Assembly: GCA_030642005.1 (NCBI GenBank)
Contig: DAOWOP010000001.1
Span: 1 to 46,498 of the forward strand
DNA length: 46,498 bases
Direction of reading: 5' to 3'
DNA from: Planctomycetales bacterium
GTDB lineage: Bacteria; Planctomycetota; Phycisphaerae; SM23-33
A model generated the notes under the pieces. The model saw only the letters and a list, made by a program, of their open reading frames with translations. It was not told the DNA's origin and ran no database searches. Each line of letters starts with the position of its first letter. Position 1 is the stretch's first letter. This document shows positions 26,309 to 34,705 of the stretch, in pieces. Both the position numbers and the translations under genes were made by a program.

Positions 26309-26772
26309 CGACCGTTTGATTGCCCGATGATTAGCCATTGTTGTCGCTGCTTCTGCCAACACGCCGGCAGATTCTTGTGCAACTTGCTCAAACTGATCCC
26401 ATCCGGCTCATCACCCCGCAGGATGGCCTCGATGATGTCGGGGGCGAGGGATGTCAGACGGAGCATCCGCCCGGCGTAGGTGCGGTCAACGGCGAGGGCT
26501 TGGGCCAGGTTTTCGACGCCAGCGTACTGGCCGGATTCGAGTTGCTCCTGCCAGCGGTGGGCCTTGGCGATGGCCTCGATGAGCGTCTGGTTGGCGTCGC
26601 GTTCGGGCGTCGGCGCGGCGGCTGGCTCGCCGTCGGTCAGTATCATCTGCCTGCCGTTGCGGCGGCGGAACCGCACGGGGATATGGACCACCACGGCTTG
26701 GCCTTCGCGTCGGACGCGGAGGCCCGGGTAGCGGCGTTTTTGTTCGTTCTCGATAACGGCCGTGTCATGCAT
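26305..26772 (-). CDS. Small DNA-binding (HTH-like) protein of a family often seen next to recombinases and in mobile elements
   Basis: AKAHRWQEQLESGQYAGVENLAQALAVDRTYAGRMLRLTSLAPDIIEAILRGDEP matches, from memory, a conserved ...SYVGRxLRLTLLAPDIVEAIL... family. ATG 26772 has the GAGGAA RBS. The ORF track starts at 26805. Confidence 0.55.
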   Translation of the reverse strand: MHDTAVIENEQKRRYPGLRVRREGQAVVVHIPVRFRRRNGRQMILTDGEPAAAPTPERDANQTLIEAIAKAHRWQEQLESGQYAGVENLAQALAVDRTYAGRMLRLTSLAPDIIEAILRGDEPDGISLSKLHKNLPACWQKQRQQWLIIGQSNGR

Positions 26773-26810
26773 TTGCTCGTTCCTCGATTGGCTGGAGTTC
26801 ATCAACGATT

Positions 26811-27005
26811 TGCCGGGATGAGGACAAGAACTCCGACGGCGATTGCACGGACGCAGCCGACGACTTCGACAACGAAATCCTCTACTGCGGCTACCACCGC
26901 GACAGCGAGACGGGCCTATACCACGTCCGCTACCGGATGTATCATCCCCACCTTGGCCTCGAACTTCTCGCTCGGCCTCTCTCTACGAAGAGGTTATTCG
27001 GATAG
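26811..27005 (+). pseudogene. Short remnant of an RHS/YD-repeat protein
   Basis: Frame 0 reads ...DKNSDGDCTDAADDFDNEILYCGYHRDSETGLYHVRYRMYHPHLG...*. The YxxxxETGLYxxRxRxYxPxLG pattern is the YD/RHS repeat signature. There is no start codon or upstream repeats, so it is a fragment. Confidence 0.45.
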
Positions 27006-27037
27006 GCTCTTAACCGACACGATGATGTCTTTCGTGA

Positions 27038-29062
27038 TCAGATTCCGGATGCCACGGCGGTATTTAACAGGCTGAAGCCGGAGGCGATTTTGTCCATGAT
27101 TACTTTTGCCCTTTCCGGTTCGCAGTCCGGGCATCTCAGGATGATGGCGTAGAGGGTTTTTTTGCCCTTCTCCGCCGGCAGGCAGATTAATCGGGCGATT
27201 TCGATATGGGACGATCCGGTCTTTACATCGCTCTTGCGAACGACGAACTGATAACCGTCCTCTCCCGCCAACTTCGCCGGACTCTGCGAAAGGACCTTTA
27301 TCTCGATGCCCTTGGCCTTCTCGGCCTTTATTTTAATCGCACCCTCCCCGAAAGTTTTGGCGTCGAGGGTATCGGGGATCAGGCCTGTGAACACTTCGGC
27401 CTTCGGGGCGACGACACCGCCGAGCAGATAGTCCATCCTGCCCATCTCAAAGCCCATCTCGCCGTAACGCCCAGCCCAACCGTCCGGCTGGAGGATCGCA
27501 TAGCCGTTGTTGAAGTCCTTGACCGGTTGCCCCTTCGCATCCACGGGCAATTCGACAGGTCTTTTGAAATCAACCAGTTTGATTGACCCGGCAACGGCAT
27601 CAAGCGTCGGAAGCATGCCGTCGGCGTGCTTTTCGCCGGCTGCCATGCTCAGCATGTAGAACAGGCGAACCGGCGGAGAGTCCGCGGGGACATTGGGGAG
27701 TTTCAGTTCCCGGACGAAGCAGAATCTAAGAGATACGGTTTTCTTACCGCGGTATTCACCTTCCAGTCGCCTCAACAGTCCCCTGCCATCCAGGAAGGAC
27801 ACCTCGGCTTCATTGGCCACCTTCAAATCACGAATATTCTCGTCCTTCCGCAGCGCATCCGTGATGAAGACCATGAACGAATCAAGTGTGGTTTTGCTGT
27901 CTGCCCGACAGATGGCCAGACTGATTACCTTCAGGTCTTCGTTTTTCCTGCTGCCGGTAGTAGCTATGAAAACCCGGTTGATGTCGGATAGCGGCTGGAG
28001 TTCGTAGCCTTCCGGTAGAGCAATTTCAACCCCCGCCGAGGGCAACTCCATCGTCTTGCCCATAGGCGGCGCCTCGGCCTGTATGGTTTTAATTGCGTCG
28101 ATCATACCACGCTGCAGAGTCTTGATTCCCGTTGTTAGTTCCTCGTTTTTGGAGTTTTTCAGTGCGGCCGAAAGATGCGTTTTTGCCTCGGCGGGTTTTC
28201 TCTCCCGCCACATTATGTACCCCAGGACGAACTGCGCCTCGGCGTCGTTTGGGTTTTGCTTTACATGCGTCTCAAGCCTCGCCAGATCGCTCTCGAAGTC
28301 GGCATCTTTACCGTAGAAATCCCTGGGCCGTACGTGGACTCGCGGTAGTGGAGAAAAAGCCTCCAGCGTCAGGCACAGGTATTTGGCCGGGAGCGAGTAC
28401 GAGTCCCCTGCCGTTGCGAAGTGCGTATGGAAAAGTGCAAGCAGGGTTCCGGGAGCGTTTTCCGAAAGGGCAGCGGCGGTTTCGAAATGAGATGCCGCTT
28501 TTTTGTACTTCCCCTGCCTGAATGCCTGCTCTCCGACTGCCATTTCAGTTCGATATTTCCCCTGAATGCGCGGTACGAGGGTTTTGATCTCCTGCTTCGG
28601 ATCCTTCAGCAGTACCATCCGATCCACAGCCAGCGATATGGCCAGCGATTGAACCTGGTTTGTACTGTGGTAGGACGAGGCCGGCGCAAATGTTGCACGA
28701 GCCGACCCGCCCGACCCGCCGGCGGAGATCCTCATCGGCGTCATTGGACTGGCGTATCTGACGGACCTGTCAGCCCGCGGACTGCTCGGTCCGGGCATCG
28801 CCGGGGCTGCGCCGCCACGTCGGATATTGAACGACGACGAGCCCAAAGCCCCTGACTGACCAACCGGCTGGTAGCCCGGCAGATCACCGGTGCCGAAGGA
28901 ACTCGCGCGAAAATCCCGTACCGAACTCGACGATCTGCTAAAAGGTCCAATCGCATAGCAGCTGCGCATCAGTGTTCCTGATTGAATCACCAGCAGCGCC
29001 GCCAATACGCCACAGATAGCTGCGGCAAGAATAATCCATAAATTCAGTCTTTTCAGTTTCAT
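27038..29062 (-). CDS. Membrane-anchored TPR-like repeat protein
   Basis: The likely start MKLKRLNLWIILAAAICGVLAALLVIQ (ATG 29062, RBS GGAGAA) has one N-terminal TM helix. TPR-like segments follow (GKYKKAASHFETAAAL; NPNDAEAQFVLGYIMWRERKPAEAKTHLSAAL). The C-terminal half is unassigned. Confidence 0.6.
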   Translation of the reverse strand: MKLKRLNLWIILAAAICGVLAALLVIQSGTLMRSCYAIGPFSRSSSSVRDFRASSFGTGDLPGYQPVGQSGALGSSSFNIRRGGAAPAMPGPSSPRADRSVRYASPMTPMRISAGGSGGSARATFAPASSYHSTNQVQSLAISLAVDRMVLLKDPKQEIKTLVPRIQGKYRTEMAVGEQAFRQGKYKKAASHFETAAALSENAPGTLLALFHTHFATAGDSYSLPAKYLCLTLEAFSPLPRVHVRPRDFYGKDADFESDLARLETHVKQNPNDAEAQFVLGYIMWRERKPAEAKTHLSAALKNSKNEELTTGIKTLQRGMIDAIKTIQAEAPPMGKTMELPSAGVEIALPEGYELQPLSDINRVFIATTGSRKNEDLKVISLAICRADSKTTLDSFMVFITDALRKDENIRDLKVANEAEVSFLDGRGLLRRLEGEYRGKKTVSLRFCFVRELKLPNVPADSPPVRLFYMLSMAAGEKHADGMLPTLDAVAGSIKLVDFKRPVELPVDAKGQPVKDFNNGYAILQPDGWAGRYGEMGFEMGRMDYLLGGVVAPKAEVFTGLIPDTLDAKTFGEGAIKIKAEKAKGIEIKVLSQSPAKLAGEDGYQFVVRKSDVKTGSSHIEIARLICLPAEKGKKTLYAIILRCPDCEPERAKVIMDKIASGFSLLNTAVASGI

Positions 29063-29087
29063 GTGATTTCTCCTCAATATGTTACAA

Positions 29088-29444
29088 CTACTGTTGTATG
29101 CGCGACAAAGCGTCATCGACGGTTTCGCAGATTTCGAACAATTTATCAAGCCGGCAGATTGTCAGCGTCTCTCGAATTTCGTCATGCAGCCCGACGAGTA
29201 TGAATCGCCGGTTCTCCTGCTTGAACTTCTGCCACAAGGTTACTATCGCTCCGATTGACATGCTGGGGAGCATTGTAACTTTGGACATGTCCAACACGAC
29301 GGGAAGATCAGGCGTCCCTTCGGCAGCGGTCGTTACTTCCGTCTGCATCACCTGTGCGTGCTCATCTTCCATCCGCTCACATTCGACTGTTGCCAGAACA
29401 ATCCGGTCGTTCGGTTCGATCGTAATTACGCTTAATTCTGCCAT
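29088..29444 (-). CDS. STAS-domain protein (anti-sigma-factor antagonist-like)
   Basis: From MAELSVITIE... it is about 118 aa, with LDMSKVTMLPSMSIGAIVTLWQKFKQENRRFILVGLHDEIRETL, typical of SpoIIAA/STAS proteins. The longer ORF-track version would overlap pilT. Confidence 0.7.
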   Translation of the reverse strand: MAELSVITIEPNDRIVLATVECERMEDEHAQVMQTEVTTAAEGTPDLPVVLDMSKVTMLPSMSIGAIVTLWQKFKQENRRFILVGLHDEIRETLTICRLDKLFEICETVDDALSRIQQ

Positions 29445-29500
29445 TCCATTCTCGCTTATTGTACGCAATATTTCCGGCCTGGGCTTAGAAGTCCCAGCCG

Positions 29501-30598
29501 CTATTGTGTGCTCATGCCTCGTGTACCCATAGTCTTGATACCCCGCATCGCCATAGCCAACGCTTCGGGCCTGGACGCCCAACGCATGGCCTCGGTACCG
29601 GAGATTAGATTGTCCTGATACATCTTAAGGATATGTTGATCGAAACTCTGCATCCCGGATTCGCCCGTCTCTATGTAATCGCTCAATTCACTGAGTCGGT
29701 TTTCGAGGATGAGTTTTTCGCTGACGGGATTTCCTCGCAGGATTTCCACTGCCGGTCTCCGGCCATGTTCCAGGGTCGTAAGCAAACGCTGCGAAATAAT
29801 CGCCTCGAGGGTTCCGGCCAGTTGCGAGAGAAGTAATTTATGCTCGGCGGGCGGAAACATTGCGATTATCCGCTCAATGGTCTGGGACGCCGTAGCGCTG
29901 TGGACGGTAGAAAAGACCTGGTGACCAGTGTCGGCTGCCTGCAATGCCATGCGGAGGCTGTCAACGTCGCGCAATTCCCCTACGAGGATTACGTCCGGGT
30001 CCTGCCGCAGCGACTGACGTAAGGCGTGTGAGAAGGAGGGAGTGTCCAGGCCTACCTCAAGTTGGCTTATCAGGGCCTTGTGGTTGGCGTGGACAAACTC
30101 GATGGGGTCTTCGACCGTGATAATCTTTGTCTGATAGGTTTTATTAATCAGGTCGATCATGGCGGCCAGCGTGGTGGTCTTTCCGCTTCCGGTGGTTCCG
30201 GTCATGAGCGTCAGTCCTCGCCGGGCCAGGGCGATGTCGTGAACGACCTTCGGGAGATGCAGATCCTCAATGGAAGGAATCTCCGACCGGATTATCCGCA
30301 TGGTAATTCCGAACTTGCCCAGGTGGCGATAAGCACTGCACCGAAACCGGCACAATTCGGGGATGGTGTAGGAAAAGTCCAAACCCTGGATGATTGCGGC
30401 GTCGATATTGCCCTTCATGGACTCAGGGGCAATGGCGGCGATGAACTCCAACATCTGCTCATCCGTCAACGGGTCGGCCTTCGCTGAACGCATCTTCCCG
30501 GAAATCCGCATCATCGGAGGAGCGGCCGCCTGAAGATGCACATCCGAGGCTCCGTTCTCGAAGGCAAACCGAATGATTTTCTGTAGGTCCATTCCCAT
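29501..30598 (-). CDS. pilT: Type IV pilus retraction ATPase PilT
   Basis: ASDVHL, Walker A GTTGSGKTTT, PDVILVGELRD, GHQVFSTVH. 365 aa. Confidence 0.9.
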   Translation of the reverse strand: MGMDLQKIIRFAFENGASDVHLQAAAPPMMRISGKMRSAKADPLTDEQMLEFIAAIAPESMKGNIDAAIIQGLDFSYTIPELCRFRCSAYRHLGKFGITMRIIRSEIPSIEDLHLPKVVHDIALARRGLTLMTGTTGSGKTTTLAAMIDLINKTYQTKIITVEDPIEFVHANHKALISQLEVGLDTPSFSHALRQSLRQDPDVILVGELRDVDSLRMALQAADTGHQVFSTVHSATASQTIERIIAMFPPAEHKLLLSQLAGTLEAIISQRLLTTLEHGRRPAVEILRGNPVSEKLILENRLSELSDYIETGESGMQSFDQHILKMYQDNLISGTEAMRWASRPEALAMAMRGIKTMGTRGMSTQ

Positions 30599-30816
30599 AT
30601 GTCTGCGTCTCTACTTCACCCCTTGTATGATAATAACAATCTATGCCTTCTTCTGCAAGAATCCACGATAAATGGATGGCGTAAAGTGTTGTGTGCTTGA
30701 CGCTGTCAGTTGACGGTGGACGCTGGCGGAACTAGAATAGATTGTTAACATTGGGGCCGATGTGAAACAAAATCTAGGCGTGGGCGGTCCGCCTTCGCCG
30801 CAGAAGTGGGAGACAT

Positions 30817-31659
30817 TTGATGACACGACAAGCAATTTTCTTTTGTGCCCTGGCCGGGCTTCTCGTGGCGGCTGGGGGGTGTGGCCCCAAGCCCGCAGCG
30901 ATTACGGTTGACAAGACGGAACTCGTCGCCCGGGACGGCGTGGAACCCAAGGCCATCGAAATCATCTATCGAGCGAGCAAGTACCTCCAACAGGCCAAGA
31001 CCTTTAAATTCCAGGCTGACGTGACGCGCGACGTGATTCTCTATGACGGCGTGCGGGTGCAGTTCGGCGGGGTCTCGAAGATTACCGTGCAGAGACCGAA
31101 TAAATTGCGGGCAATCTTCGACGGCGACGAACGATCCCGTCGGAGCTACTTTGACGGGGAAACCCTCACCATTCACTCTCTCACTCACAACATCTACGCC
31201 CAAGCGAAGATGTCGGGCACGATCGACGATGCGATTGACTTCGTGTTCGAGACGTTCGGCTTCTCGATCCCGCTGGCCGACCTCGTCTACGCCGACCCCT
31301 ACGCCGTGCTGATCGAGAACGTTGACAAGGGGTACTTCGTCGGCCGGCACAAGGTCAACGGCGTGGTGTGTGATCACCTCGCGTTCCAACAGGATCTGAT
31401 CGACTGGCAGGTATGGATCGAGGCGGACAAAACGCCCCTGGTGCGAAAAATTGTGATCACCTACAAGACCGAAGAAGGCTGCCCGGAATACGGAGCCGTG
31501 CTTTCGCACTGGAAGCTGAATCCGTTGGTGAGCGACGCCGATTTCAAATTCACCCCGCCGGCGAACGTCAAGGAAATCGAATTTCTTCCGCTCGATAAGA
31601 TCTATGGGGCAGAAGCGGAATCCCAGGCGAACGAAATCGAAGAAGAGGAGGCGAAATAG
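30817..31659 (+). CDS. Periplasmic lipoprotein, DUF2092/LolA-like (family assignment from memory)
   Basis: Lipobox LLVAAGGC after an N-terminal signal. YADPYAVL...VNGVVCDHLAFQQDLIDWQVWIE...PLVRKIVITYK resembles DUF2092-type proteins. Confidence 0.55.
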   Translation: MMTRQAIFFCALAGLLVAAGGCGPKPAAITVDKTELVARDGVEPKAIEIIYRASKYLQQAKTFKFQADVTRDVILYDGVRVQFGGVSKITVQRPNKLRAIFDGDERSRRSYFDGETLTIHSLTHNIYAQAKMSGTIDDAIDFVFETFGFSIPLADLVYADPYAVLIENVDKGYFVGRHKVNGVVCDHLAFQQDLIDWQVWIEADKTPLVRKIVITYKTEEGCPEYGAVLSHWKLNPLVSDADFKFTPPANVKEIEFLPLDKIYGAEAESQANEIEEEEAK

Positions 31660-31661
31660 CC

Positions 31662-32762
31662 ATGAAACAGACAAATACCAGAAGCAGAATGAGCCGGATT
31701 TTGTTGATTCTCGTCGGGTCGGTCCTGGTGATGGCAATGTGCTTTGTGACGCCCGACGCCGACGCTCAAGGCCGGGGCGGGGGCGGGGGCGGGGGCAGAA
31801 GTCGTGGCGGTGGAAGCCGAGGCAGCGTGCGACATTCAAGTTCGCGATCGTCAAGCCGATCGTCCTCACGCTCGCCGTCGGCCCGTCCTTCCAAGCCCAA
31901 AGCGCGGCCAAGTCAACCGTCCAAGCGTCCCAGCAAGCCAACTCGGCTTGGTGGCGGCAAGCGGCCCGGTGTAGGAAACAGACCTGGTGGCGGCAATCGG
32001 CCCGGTGCAGGTAATCGGCCCGGTGGCGGCAATCGACCCGGTGCAGGTAACCGACCTGGCGGTGGCAATCGACCCGGTGGTGGAACTCACCCCAGCCGAA
32101 GACCCTCCGGCGGCTACAAGGGCGGAAAGAAGCACCATCATCACCATTATCACGGCCGCCATCATCGCGGCTACTACGACAACAAGTACTACAAGTACCG
32201 TAGAGACGCCCGCCGCGACTGGTACCGATACCGAACGATCAATCACCTGATCGCCGCGGGAACGTATGTTGCGACCCGGCCTCGCTACTACGCGCCGGTA
32301 GTGGTCTCCGGCAACACCTATTATTACTGGGGCGGGACGTACTACGTCGTATCGGGCAGCAGATACGTCGTGGTCAATCCCCCTTCAGGGGCGGTCGTCT
32401 ATGCCGTCCCTGCCCCGACAACGGTGATCTACGCCGGTTCCCAGCCGTATTACTATGTCGATGGGGCGTATTATGTGGCCTCCGACAAGGAAGCCAACCG
32501 GCCCGAAGAAAACCCCGAATATAAGGGCAAGCAGGAAGACTCCAAGCAAAGCGACCCCAAGATGGTTGAGTCGGATGACCACAACTACGAGGTCGTGGCT
32601 CCGCCCGTCGGGGCGACCGTGCCCTATCTGCCCGAGAAAGCCGAGGAGAAGAAAAACGATAAAAAGACGTACTTCGTCTATGAGAGCACGTACTACCGCG
32701 CTTTCGCCAGCGACGGCGACACTGTCTACATGGTCGTCGAAGACCCGACCAAGTCGAGCTAG
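31662..32762 (+). CDS. Secreted low-complexity protein (Gly/Arg, Ser/Arg and GNRPGG repeats, His tract, Tyr-rich C-terminal half)
   Basis: Signal peptide MSRILLILVGSVLVMAMCFVTPDADA. Repeats GRGGGGGGRSRGGGSRG, SSSRSSSRSSSRS and (GNRPGx)n, then KKHHHHHYHGRHHRGYY and YYYVDGAYYV motifs. Confidence 0.65.
   Translation: MKQTNTRSRMSRILLILVGSVLVMAMCFVTPDADAQGRGGGGGGGRSRGGGSRGSVRHSSSRSSSRSSSRSPSARPSKPKARPSQPSKRPSKPTRLGGGKRPGVGNRPGGGNRPGAGNRPGGGNRPGAGNRPGGGNRPGGGTHPSRRPSGGYKGGKKHHHHHYHGRHHRGYYDNKYYKYRRDARRDWYRYRTINHLIAAGTYVATRPRYYAPVVVSGNTYYYWGGTYYVVSGSRYVVVNPPSGAVVYAVPAPTTVIYAGSQPYYYVDGAYYVASDKEANRPEENPEYKGKQEDSKQSDPKMVESDDHNYEVVAPPVGATVPYLPEKAEEKKNDKKTYFVYESTYYRAFASDGDTVYMVVEDPTKSS
31956..32099 (+). 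repeat. Eight tandem 18-bp units encoding G(N/K)RPG(G/A/V) hexapeptides
   Basis: Units begin at 31956, 31974, 31992, 32010, 32028, 32046, 32064 and 32082 (for example ggcaatcggcccggtgca / ggtaatcggcccggtggc). They are in frame within the CDS 31662-32762. Confidence 0.85.
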
Positions 32763-32799
32763 AGCAATTTAAGGTTGAGATGACGTATTGGAATTTTAA

Positions 32800-32826
32800 C
32801 TTTTTGCCCTGTTTGCAGGGCAAAAG
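32800..32826 (+). terminator. Hairpin downstream of 31662-32762, candidate terminator
   Basis: CTTTTTGCCCTG / CAGGGCAAAAG with a tttg loop. It is nested inside an outer inverted repeat AGATGACGTAT (32778-32788) / ATACGTCATTT (32839-32849). Confidence 0.5.
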
Positions 32827-32884
32827 GCATTGTTGTTATACGTCATTTCAATCAGTAGATGCTCTAGCCCACATTTTTCATTAA

Positions 32885-33071
32885 CCACAGAGGACACAGA
32901 GTTCGCAGAGATTCCAAAAACATATCTCATTGTTATTTCAAAGGTTACAATCTCTCGTCCAGGCGATTGCGCCCAAACCACCATAATCTAAAAAAGCAGA
33001 GTGCTTTTTTACAAAATCGCCAAAATCGTTTGTAAGTTCTTTTGTAATAAACACCTCTGCGATCTCTGTGG
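32885..33071. mobile_element. MITE/REP-like element: imperfect terminal inverted repeats flanking an AT-rich ~140-bp core
   Basis: The left arm is CCACAGAG[GACACAGAGT]TCGCAGAG (32885-32910). The right arm is CCTCTGCGATCTCTGTGG (33054-33071), whose reverse complement is CCACAGAGATCGCAGAGG. There is no credible ORF inside. Confidence 0.35.
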
Positions 33072-33205
33072 CCTCCCCTTGGGACGGCCGGGCTACGGCG
33101 GGCTTCGCCCTGACGAGCGAACAGCCGCCTGTGGTGAAATATCCGGGCTAGCCAAGCTGCGACATAACCCAATGATGCGACACACGAAAGAGAGAACTCT
33201 GCCCG

Positions 33206-34012
33206 CTACCTCGGTACCGGCCATACGTCGCTGCGAATCCACGGCGGGGCGTACTTGCAAATGACCTCGTGGTTTGTCGCTACGAAGTGCGGCGATCCCC
33301 CGACACCCAACTCTGCGCCGGTAATCCGCCGCTGATAGACCCTTGCAAAGGTCCGTGTAAAGCCCGTCCGGCCAGCCGATGGACCACGCTTGCCGTCCAC
33401 GTTGCCCATGATCGCGGTTCCCGAATCGAGGAGATCGTCTTCCGGGTTGTACGCGTTGACCAGTCCCTTGGTTGTCATCGTCAGCGCCTTGCTCAGGTCG
33501 TAGTCCGACGAAATGCTTGCCGACAGCAGGAACGCCCCGTCGATAGGTTTGGCGTCCGGGATGTCTCTCAATGCTTCGAGCGTAAAGACCGTTACGCCGC
33601 CCCCGCCGCTGTGGCCGATAATGTGGACCGGTCGGCCGGGATACTTCTGCTGATATTTAACGATCCTGCCCGCCAATTCTTTACCCGCTTCGCGATTTCC
33701 GCCGGCGTTGGTTTGATTGACGATCAACCCGATGCCCGGCACGGGAAAACCCCACCGGTAAATGGCCAAGGCATATGGAATCCCAGCATCGTCCAACCCT
33801 CTGCGGATGTCCCGATTGGCCGCACTTTCACCTTCGATGCCCGGCAGGATTACCACCAGGCCCTTGTCCGCACGCTGCTCGTTGACGAAACGCGTGTTGG
33901 TGTCAACCCTCCCGCAACCAGCGGCTGCAAGACACGCCGCTGCGACTGCAATCGCCGCAAGCGGGCGAGCCGAACGTCTCCGGGCCGGTTCGTTTGTGGA
34001 TGCGACCAGCAT
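33206..34012 (-). CDS. Alpha/beta-hydrolase lipoprotein (esterase/lipase-like)
   Basis: Lipobox AAAGCG after the signal peptide and nucleophile elbow IIGHSGGG. 268 aa. Confidence 0.7.
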   Translation of the reverse strand: MLVASTNEPARRRSARPLAAIAVAAACLAAAGCGRVDTNTRFVNEQRADKGLVVILPGIEGESAANRDIRRGLDDAGIPYALAIYRWGFPVPGIGLIVNQTNAGGNREAGKELAGRIVKYQQKYPGRPVHIIGHSGGGGVTVFTLEALRDIPDAKPIDGAFLLSASISSDYDLSKALTMTTKGLVNAYNPEDDLLDSGTAIMGNVDGKRGPSAGRTGFTRTFARVYQRRITGAELGVGGSPHFVATNHEVICKYAPPWIRSDVWPVPR

Positions 34013-34015
34013 GGC

Positions 34016-34621
34016 TTACTCCTTCCCCGCCGGAACGGCCTTGTATTCGACAGCCGTTGCGGTGATCTCAAAGTCGTGGTGCGGCGTCCTCGTCTTCATG
34101 TGTATCTTTACCAGCCTGCCCGGCACCATTGGTGTTACACACGTCCTGGCCTGAATGTCTTCCATCGTGGCCATCATGCCGGTAATCTTCGCGTGCAACT
34201 TCAGATCGCGTACCTCGCAGGTAAGCGTCTTGCCCCCGATGGTTACCCGCTCCTTGCCCGTGGTCGCGAGCAATGCGGCAGGATGTGTGCGGGGATCGTC
34301 TTCCGGGGCGATCTTCGCCCATACGATCCGCTTGCGGGCCACCGGCTTCTCCTCGCTGTCGAGAAACTTGACGGTCCTGACCAGCACAATCTTTCCAGCG
34401 TCGCGATCGAGCAACTTTTCGGTGATACGGATCCGCTTCGCTTGCTCATCTGTCTTCTGGATGCCTTCGAAAGTGATGTACGAGCCTGGGGCGAACGCCG
34501 CCCATGCGTCATAGTCCGGGTTGGCGACGACTCGATGAGCGTGCGGATCACCACAGCCGCAGGTAAGAGCGACCGTGCACATCAGGACCGCCGCAAGTAC
34601 TTGCGAAATCTGGTTTTTCAT
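34016..34621 (-). CDS. Hypothetical lipoprotein
   Basis: The likely start is MKNQISQVLAAVLMCTVALTCGCG (ATG 34621, RBS GGAGA), which carries a lipobox. It lies 4 nt upstream of the hydrolase gene. Confidence 0.6.
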   Translation of the reverse strand: MKNQISQVLAAVLMCTVALTCGCGDPHAHRVVANPDYDAWAAFAPGSYITFEGIQKTDEQAKRIRITEKLLDRDAGKIVLVRTVKFLDSEEKPVARKRIVWAKIAPEDDPRTHPAALLATTGKERVTIGGKTLTCEVRDLKLHAKITGMMATMEDIQARTCVTPMVPGRLVKIHMKTRTPHHDFEITATAVEYKAVPAGKE

Positions 34622-34705
34622 TTCTCGATCTCCACCATTCAGTCTGTCGTAAGTTCCTCTGCGCCGAACCTGCATTCATAGGAGCGTCGCTGTCAACGGC
34701 GTATG

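Noticed and set aside
26780-27040. tRNA gene or attachment-site direct repeat at the island boundary
   Set aside because: I saw no cloverleaf-like sequence or T-loop consensus (GGTTCGAATCC-like) here or anywhere in the window. The left end of the island is outside the window, so flanking direct repeats cannot be assessed.
26338-27075. 245-aa plus-strand ORF
   Set aside because: It is mostly antisense to the HTH-protein gene and has low-complexity Thr/Ala/Arg composition. The real signal in its 3' part is the RHS-like fragment, which is in a different frame.
30745-31941. 398-aa minus-strand ORF
   Set aside because: It is antisense to two plus-strand genes that have signal peptides and recognisable features. 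Its composition is Arg/Pro-rich, typical of antisense frames.
31956-32099. Regular 18-bp repeats as a possible CRISPR-like array
   Set aside because: The units are contiguous with no spacers, lie in frame within a CDS and encode a hexapeptide repeat. This is a coding tandem repeat.
33269-34681. 470-aa plus-strand ORF
   Set aside because: It is antisense to the alpha/beta hydrolase and lipoprotein genes, both of which have lipoboxes, an RBS and a GHSGG motif. It is extremely Arg-rich.
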